DNA of 64,000 nucleotides from Opitutaceae bacterium (GTDB lineage Bacteria; Verrucomicrobiota; Verrucomicrobiia; Opitutales; Coraliomargaritaceae): NCBI GenBank assembly GCA_051252375.1, contig JBPOFY010000001.1, positions 416,001 to 480,000 of the forward strand, read 5' to 3'. Shown piece by piece: positions 53,801 to 62,800 of this stretch (position 1 is its first letter; each line of letters starts with the position of its first letter). The notes under the pieces were generated by a model. It saw only the letters and a program-made list of their open reading frames with translations, ran no database searches and was not told where the DNA came from. The position numbers and the translations under genes were made by a program.

Positions 53801-56800
53801 ATTCCATTGTTTTTGAGTTCGCCGTTGAAGACTACCCAGTCGTGATTCACCTCCAACAGCCACTGACTGTCGGGACTAGCGTTTCGATTATCGGATCCGG
53901 GGTCGATCAGTTGACGATCAGCGGTGATAGCGACCAAGATGGTTCCGGTGATGTGAGCCTCTTTATTGTCGATGAAAATGTCGAATTTACCATCGAGCAG
54001 ATCACACTCGCGGATGGCTTAGCAGCCTCATACGGAGGCGCCATTACCGCTAATCCCAATTCCTCGCTGACTGCCCGGTATTGCAGCTTCGAGAATAATT
54101 CAGCTGGTCAATACGGTGGAGCCATTGATGTTAACCAGGGGCAATTATTGGTCGAAGGTTGTCTCTTTATAGATAATAGTGTGCTCGGTTCGGGTGCTGC
54201 GGCTGGTGGAGCGATCTCCGTCTATACTAATACAGCTTCAATTATTCGCAACAGCACATTCGTTGGAAACGTCCAAGGCAATTCCGGCGGCGGCGGCGGG
54301 GCATCCATTTATGCCCAAAATAGTATTCCCGACACCGAATTCAATCTGCTTGTCGAGCATTGCACATTTAGTGCGAATGTAGATGCCGCAGCGAGTGGTA
54401 GTGCGATCCTTTCGAGTTTCCCAAATACTGTAGTTCAGGTCAGAAATAACATTTTCAGCGAGCCTGCAGGCTTGGCTGGTAATGTTCTGGATGAAGTGGG
54501 TAGCGGCGATTTCGAATCGCTTGGTGGTAATATCGCGACCGACGGTACTTTGACTGCCTACACTCAAGGGGGGACTACTCAGAATACGGCGATCCTAGAT
54601 GCTACCATTGATAGCCTCTCCGAGCCGCTTGCAGATCTTAAGCTACTGCCGCTTGCATATAACGGCGGTGCTACATTAACAATGGCTTTAGATGCTGGCA
54701 GTTCCGCGATCGATACAGCTATTGCAGTGGTTCCCGTCTCTGATGGACCAGGCATTGACCAGCGTGGTGTCTGGCGCGATGCGACACCAGATGTGGGCGC
54801 ATACGAAGTAGGCACTTACACTCGGGTGAACATCAACGAGATTTACGTCCAAGGCGATGCGACTGAAGATTTCATCGAATTCTACAATCCTCGCGATTCG
54901 GAGTCGCTCGATCTAGCGGGTCTTGAGCTTTGGATCGACGGTGCCTTAATCGATACGTTCACTACAAACGTGATGTCTAAAGGTTCAGGTTACGTCTGGC
55001 CATATCTGCCGACTGCGACGTTGGCTGAGAAGGCGCTGGCAACCACCTTCGACCTGAACGAAGAAAAGGGGCTGATAGAGCTCAGAAACTCCGATGGTCA
55101 AGTGCTGCTTTCGGTCAGCTATATCGGTGAATTCTCCCTGTCAGGAACGGATGTGGATAACGATGACGAATCGATCACTCGCTATCCCACCTTTGAAGGT
55201 GGTTTCATACCGCACCAACGTGCGGTCACCCGGGTGGGTAGCCCCGCTCAAGATACCTCTCCCGGTAATGACATTACTGGGCTTCCTTTGAATGGTGGCA
55301 ATGCGCCTCCGATCGCAGTCGTCGACACAGATGAGAGTGGCGATCCAGCTTATTCAATTTTGGCCACGGATACCTTGAACATCGACGTGCTAGCGAATGA
55401 TGTTGAGTTTGATCTGGCTGATACGCTTAAAATTACTGAGGTCATGGTGGTTTCGTCTAGCGACGTAGTTAATCAAGAGCTCTTTGCTATCAATGCTTCG
55501 GGGGCGATCACTTTAGCAGATTTACCCACCCCAGGAACACCACCAGTCGGTGGCATTGATACAACATACGATGCTGTTGATATTAGTGTGACTATCGCTA
55601 CTGACGAATTAAGTATAGACTATGATCCGACTGCTTCAGATCTCATTATCGGCTTAGCTGAAGGCGAATCGATTACTGATATCTGGGCTTATACGATCGC
55701 TGACTTTGATTCCTCGGATGTGCAACTAAGCCGAGGCTTAACGACCCCGGATCAAGAAACAAATATTGAAAAGGCAACTTCCTACTTCACAGTTACAGTG
55801 ACTGGTGTGAATGAAGCGCCCGAAGCAGACCCTGACAGCGCATCCACGACAGAAAACCAGGCGATTCGTCTACTCGCGGATGAAGATTTATTGTCGAATC
55901 CAAGTTTCGCCTTCGGTGATCTCGCAGCTGACTTTATGGATTATAATGCCAGTGGAGTATTAGTTCCACTGCTGCCGCCATTCCCTACAATTGCCTTGCT
56001 GGCAAACGACGATGATGTCGATAGCGATGACGACAAGACAACGCTACTTCTAGTCAGTGTGCATCCAACTGCTGTATCTGAGCCGACCGAGCAAATTTAT
56101 ACAGAAAAAGGCGCATTGGTCACATTGGATCTGCGCACGAATCGGGAAGAGACCAGTATTATCTACGACCCACGTCCTTCAACGGATCTCAATAAGCTAA
56201 GTGCTGGAGAAGTCGCAACAGACTGCTTCTATTACACGATTCTTGATATGCATGGTGAAGATTCAATTGCCAAGGTGACCCTTACGATCACTGGTGTAAA
56301 TGATGCCCCGACCGCTACAGCTGATACTGGTTTCTGCACAGATGAAGACAGCACTTTGGACATCGATGGAGCCGACTTGTTAGAGAACGATTACGATACT
56401 GATGTGAATGGGTTGGCTGGCGACGACGTGCCTTTCATCTCTCAAGTCGATGCTCTGAGTGCAGGTGGCGCGACCATTACATTCAACGGCACGGATATTT
56501 TCTACGATCCTGTCACCATGGATACATTCAAAGAGCTCTCCCGTAATGAGTTCATTTTCGACACCTTCACTTATACACTCGAAGATCCTACCGGAGCCAC
56601 AAGTGTGGCAACTGTTACGGTCAAAGTAGAAGGGCGAAATGACGCTCCCGTTGCTTCGAATGACTTACTTGAGATATTTGAGAACGAGGCGACGCTCGTC
56701 GAAGCGGTCGATGGACTGTTGTTCAATGATGTCGAAGTGGATGTAAATAGTAGCCCACCTGACGATGACCCATGGGTCATCCCGCAGCGCGAAGTCACTA

Positions 56801-59800
56801 CACCACTCGGTGCTGCCTTAAATATTTTTGCGGATGGTAGCTTCACCTACAATGCAAACTCGGCTGCGATTGATTCCTTAATACAAGGAGAGGTTGTCGC
56901 CGAGACTTTCCCTTACATCGTGACAGACAATAGCCGCACACGTGCTGTGGATGACTCTTTCACTGTTGAGGCTAATCAAACTGACATAGCGTTGCCAGTG
57001 CTAGTGAATGATGCCGTAGTTGGCAGTGCGCCGATCGCGATTGTTAGCTATGGCGAGGATTCTAGTGATTCAAATAACACGATCATTGAGTCAGCTGACC
57101 ACAGCTTACGAGATGGTCTACTCGTATTAGTTAAGGGATACACGGGCACGGCTTCTTACAATGGGGTTTTCCCGATCACTTCGATCGATGCGGATCATTT
57201 CAGCATCCCTGTCGCATTTGATTCTGGCGCCTCAACCACAAGTGGCACTTGGCAACCGTGGTTCGAGATTACTGCGGTCGGTCCGACAGACCAAGCTGGG
57301 GCGATTACGATTCTAGATGGACAAACGATTCTGTATACTCCTGCGAGTAACTTTTACGGAACCGAGACTTTCACATACACTATCGAGGATGGTGTCGGAG
57401 GTCAGGACGTAGGGGCAGTCAGCGTATTGAATATCATCTTTACGGAAAACGGCGCAATACGTGCAAACGCCGACGCCTATAGTGTAGGTATCGATGTTGT
57501 CGATTTCCCCGTTGATGTGCTTGCCAATGATGGAACTTTACCGGCTTTAGGCAGTGATTTTACAATCACGGAAGTAAGCCCAGCATCTAGCGGTTTAGAA
57601 ATTGTCGCTGGTGGTCAGTCGCTCACATATAGTGCTCCGAGTGCGCCAACAACCGAAGTCTTCACCTACACTGTTTCTGGTGGTGGCACCTCGACTGCGC
57701 AGGCGACTGTCACTTTTACAGTCGAAGACCTCACAGGGCTCTTGGGCGGAAATGAGGACAATTACTTTGTCGTTGAAGGTTCTAGCGACGTGGTTCTAAG
57801 CGTTCTCGGAAATGATGCCACACTTCCTGGCGCACCAACATCTCTCACGCTTGTAGATGTCCAGTATCCAGGCACTGGCTCAGCGATCCGTTCGGGGAAT
57901 ACGATCATCTATTCGACTCCACCAAGTCCATACCGCTCTGTAGATACGTTTACCTATACATCAATTAATTCGGTTGGTGCCACGACTCTCACTACAGTCA
58001 ATGTCAACGTTGTTGAGGATACGCAGGAATTCCATGCGACTGATGATAAATACACTGTTGTCGCTGGTTCTAGTATGATTTTGCTTCCGGTTCTTAGTAA
58101 CGACGGAACCGTGCAAAATGAAAGCGCAACAGTAGCTGTGTCTGCGCTGGGACTGGATCTGGTCGCCCCTGCCGATCGAAATCGTGTGAATATTGCTGAT
58201 GGCAATGTATTTATCGAATACACGCCTCCGGCGACTCCGACTATCGTTCCGGAAATGTTTAACTACGAAATCAGCATCGGCACGATCGAGCGTCGCGAGG
58301 CAACGATCACGATTGATGTCATTGACCGCGCCGATATCGCTCCGATTGCTGTGGATGACTTCTATGACGTAGAACGTGATTCGGGTCCACACACGCTAGC
58401 TGTTTTAAGTAATGATCTTCCATATGCTGACGCAGGCTGGGTGAGAACGGTTAAGTCGCCATCGACACCAGCGAACGGCACTGTTGCCATAGTTGGGGAA
58501 ACCTCTGTGAGTTACACGCCTGCAGACGGCTTCTTTGGTTTGGATACCTTTACCTATGTTGTCGAAGATGCTTATGGTCAGACTGACACGGGCACAGTGA
58601 CTGTCCAGGTCGGTGGTCTGGTGACTTCGCCGGATAGCTATGTCGTCCTAGAAAATAGCTTGGATAATCCATTCCCAGTGCTTCTGAATGATGACTGGCT
58701 GAATCGTTATGCTGCCGACTACACTGTCGTCGCTTTCGATCCTAGCGCTGCATTAATTGAGGCGAGCGATACAGATGCCGTTGGTACTATATCGATCGAT
58801 GGCACTGAGCCGAATAACCAACTCCTCTACACTCCGGAACCAGACTTTGTTGGTGTCGAGTATTTCACTTATACAGTTGTCGATGAAAACGGCGGAACCC
58901 TGACGGGAATCGTTACCGTTGAAGTGATCTCTGAGGAAAGTGACCGAGGCTTTGCTGATCTTCGCGTCGAAATCACTGGTGTGAATGATTCACCGGTGCT
59001 TGGTGGCACAGAGGATGACTCGATAACGGATAAGGAAACGACTTTCCCATTCGATACAGTCACTCTTTCGGATGTCGATTTTGGTGGAAATCAATTACAG
59101 ACGGTGACCGTGGAGTTTGATCCTAGCCTAGGCGCGATCACATTCTCGTCTGCTGTCCCTGCTTTTGTGCTCCAAAGTCCAGGTGTCTATCAAGTCGTGG
59201 GCACGCCGGCACAAGTTGTCGCAGCACTTCGTTCTATCGAGTTTACGCCAACCGAGAATATTCGCCCACCTGTTTATTATGATGCGGTGTTTACGCTGAC
59301 TATCACTGATGGTTATATAGCTACACCAATTGTGGATCTTACCACTGTGACGATTTTGGCGATCAATGACGCACCAACAGGTGTGGACGACGCGTATAGC
59401 ACGGAAGAAACTCAGGCGATCCGTCTGCTTGCGGATACCACGCTCTTGCCTCCGGTTGTCTTTGATTTTGGCGATCTCGCTTCTAACTTCAAGGATCTCG
59501 ATGCGATGGGTGTCGAACAGACATACTTACCGGAGCTCCAGAATGTAAATCTTCTGGCCAACGACGACGATGTCGATATCGACGACGATAACACGACCAT
59601 CGAGATCGTGAATGTCCACACGACAGCAACACGGGTCAATCAGATCACAGCGACGAGTGCCCTGGGTGCATCCGTTGTGTTGGATATCCGTGCAGTTCGT
59701 GCGGAAACCAGCATTCTCTATGATCCACGTGGTTCGGCGATTCTTAACGCGCTCGCCGCAGGTGAGACCATCGTCGACACCTTCTACTACACAGTTGTCG

Positions 59801-62800
59801 ATCAGCACGGCGCGGAAGATCAAGCGCTGGTTTCGATCACCGTGACCGGTGTGAACGACGCCCCGACTGCAAACGGTGAAGGTGGCTTCGAGTTAAACGA
59901 GGATGGAAGCATTACCTTGGATGGCAGCCTCATTCTTTCGAACGACACCGATCCTGACAAAGATGGCAACAGTCCGAATGATGCACCGATTATCCTAAGT
60001 GTTCCCCCTAAGAGTATTGCAGGCGCGACGCTGACACTCACTGCAGGTGGCGACATTATCTACAATCCTGATGACATGGAGGAATTCGAGTCACTTGCTC
60101 GTAACGAGTTCTTGGAAGATTCCTTCACCTACACTATTAGCGATGAAATGGGCGGCACTTCGCAGGCAGTCATTGAGCTGTTGGTTGAGGGCATCAATGA
60201 TGCGCCGGTTGCCGGCGATGATGCACTCGCTATCCTCGAAAACGACACCCAGACGCGTGACCGTGCTACGGGGCTCATCTCTAACGACTCTGATGTCGAT
60301 ATGGGCATTATATTTAATACTGGTGATCCGAACGACGATCCATGGATTATTCCTCAGCGTGAGCAAACTTCTCCGCTGGGTGCTGCCTTCTTCATCGAGA
60401 CCGATGGTAGCTATAGTTACGATGCGAACTCTCGCGCGATCGACAGCCTCTTCGAGAATGAGATCGCCGTGGAGACCTTCCCATACGTCATCATCGACAA
60501 CAGTCGCCTCTCGGCCGCCCAGGATAGCTTCAAGGTTCTGACGGATAGCATACAAGTCGTGCTGCCGGTTCTGTCGAACGACGATGTTGCCGGTAGTGTC
60601 CCAGTCGCGATCGATGGGTTCACTGAAGACTTTGCCGATGCGCAACGTGTAATTGTTGAAAGCTTTGAGCATCCGCTCCGCGAGGGTATGCTTGTTAAGA
60701 TCCAAGGTTACGCCGGAGACGGTGACTATGATGGTGTCTATCCTATCTCGGTCATTGACCGCGACCACTTTAGCGTGGCTGCTCCGTATGTCGCTGGTGC
60801 AAATACCAGCCTTGGCACATGGCGCCCATGGTTCGAAGTCACAGCTGTGACGGAAGCCGACAAAGATGGCGTTCTCGAAATTAGCGAAGACGGTCAATCG
60901 ATCCTCTATACACCATTGGCAGCCTTCTACGGCACTGAGCAATTCGAATATACTATCATGGATGGTGTCGGTGGTCAGGATGTGGCCATCGTGGAACTGA
61001 CAGTGCTTCAGGCACCGCTCAATACCGTGCTCTCGGCCAGCGATGATCGCTTCCAAATTGGTATGGGTGAGTCTTCAGTCGAAGTGGATGTGCTTGCCAA
61101 TGATAACGTCCTGCCAGCACTTGGTAGCGATTTCTCCATCACTGCGGTATCAGTCGGTAGTGCTGGAGGCACGCTTCTGATCAACGGCACTGACGATGCG
61201 GTGATCTACTCTCCGAACAACATAAACTTCGTTGGTAGTGAGACATTCACTTACGACGTCTCCGGTGGTGGCAGCACTAGTGCTCAAGCCACGGTTACCT
61301 TCGAGGTGATCGACCGCCAAGGTAACCTTCGTGCAGCTCCAGACGCGTTCTTCGTGATCGCAGACTCGACGAACAACTTGCTCGACGTTGCGGCTAACGA
61401 TACAACGCTCCCAAGCTTCCCAGTAAGCTTTGAGGTCGTTGAGACAAGCACGCCAGGTTCTGGTGTCGCTTCGGTCGTAGGTGGTCAAGTGAGCTACACG
61501 CCGAACGCCTCATTCACTGGAATCGACACGTTCACTTACACGATTCGTGATGCGAGTGGTAGTAATGTGACCGAGACAGTGACTGTGGAAGTGGTGTCCG
61601 ATGTAGATGATTTCTACGCTCGTAATGATCACTACATTGTCGTTGCCGGATCAGGTAACTATAATCTCGATGTCTTGATCAACGACGGCACCAGTGGAGC
61701 CGCCGTCAGCGACCTGATCATCGAAGACTTGGGTCTCGATACTCAGGCACCGCCCGATATCACTCGAATCGATCACACGGGTGCAGTGGTTACCTACACG
61801 GCACCTGCCTCTGCCACGACAGAAGTCTTTACCTATGAAATTCTAAATGGATTTGGGACTGATCCGCGCCGCGAGGGAACAATTACCATTGTTGTGGTGG
61901 ATAACCTGCCTACGCCGACCAACCCACTTGACGATGCTTATCATGTGGCGAAGAACAGCGGACCGCACACGCTCGACGTGCTGCTCAACGACATTCCAAT
62001 GCCTGCCGCCGGCTGGTCTTGGACCATCACTTCTGTTGGTGGAACCGATCAGGGTGGGGTGGCTGTTAACGATGGCGGAACTGCGATCACCTACACACCT
62101 GACGATGGCTTCTACGGAGTCGAAAGCTTCACGTATACCATTGTGGATGCCTTTGGGGATTCCGCATCGGCCACTGTAACGGTGACGGTCGGCTCTCAGT
62201 TGACTGAGCCAGACTTCTACACGGTTCTCGAAAATAGCACCGGCAACGACTTCCCAGTCTTAGTGAACGACGACATCCTCGAGCGCTTCTCGGCTGATTA
62301 CACGATCAGCCAAGTGGGCACGCCGGATCAAGGTGGTAGCGTCGTGATCGATGGCTCTGGTCCAGATAACCAGTTGCTTTATGCACCTGCAGCCAACTTC
62401 GTTGGTGAAGAAAGCTTCACTTACACGGTGATCGACAACACTGGAGCGGAAGTCACAGAGACGGTGACCGTCCTCGTCATTGATGAGATCGGTGACCGCG
62501 ACTTCGCCAACTTCGTTGTCACGCTTACCGGTATCAACGACATCACTCAGATCGGTAGCGCTCCTGATGGTAGCACCACGGATAAACTCTCGGTGAGTCC
62601 GTTCCCAACGATCACGATCTCCGATCTCGATGAAGATGATCTACAGGATCAAATCACGGTGCTAACCTTCGATTCAAGCCTTGGTTCGATCGTCGCGACT
62701 GGGTTCAGTCAGACAGGTCCCGGTGCTTACACGATGACGGGCACACCGGCCGAAGTTCAAGCCGCGCTCCGTGCAATTGTCTTCACTCCGTTTGAGAACG

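Noticed and set aside
60091..61056. 321-aa minus-strand ORF inside the adhesin, and similar short ORFs within genes 3-6
   Set aside because: Antisense frames kept open by codon bias; no independent coding signal.
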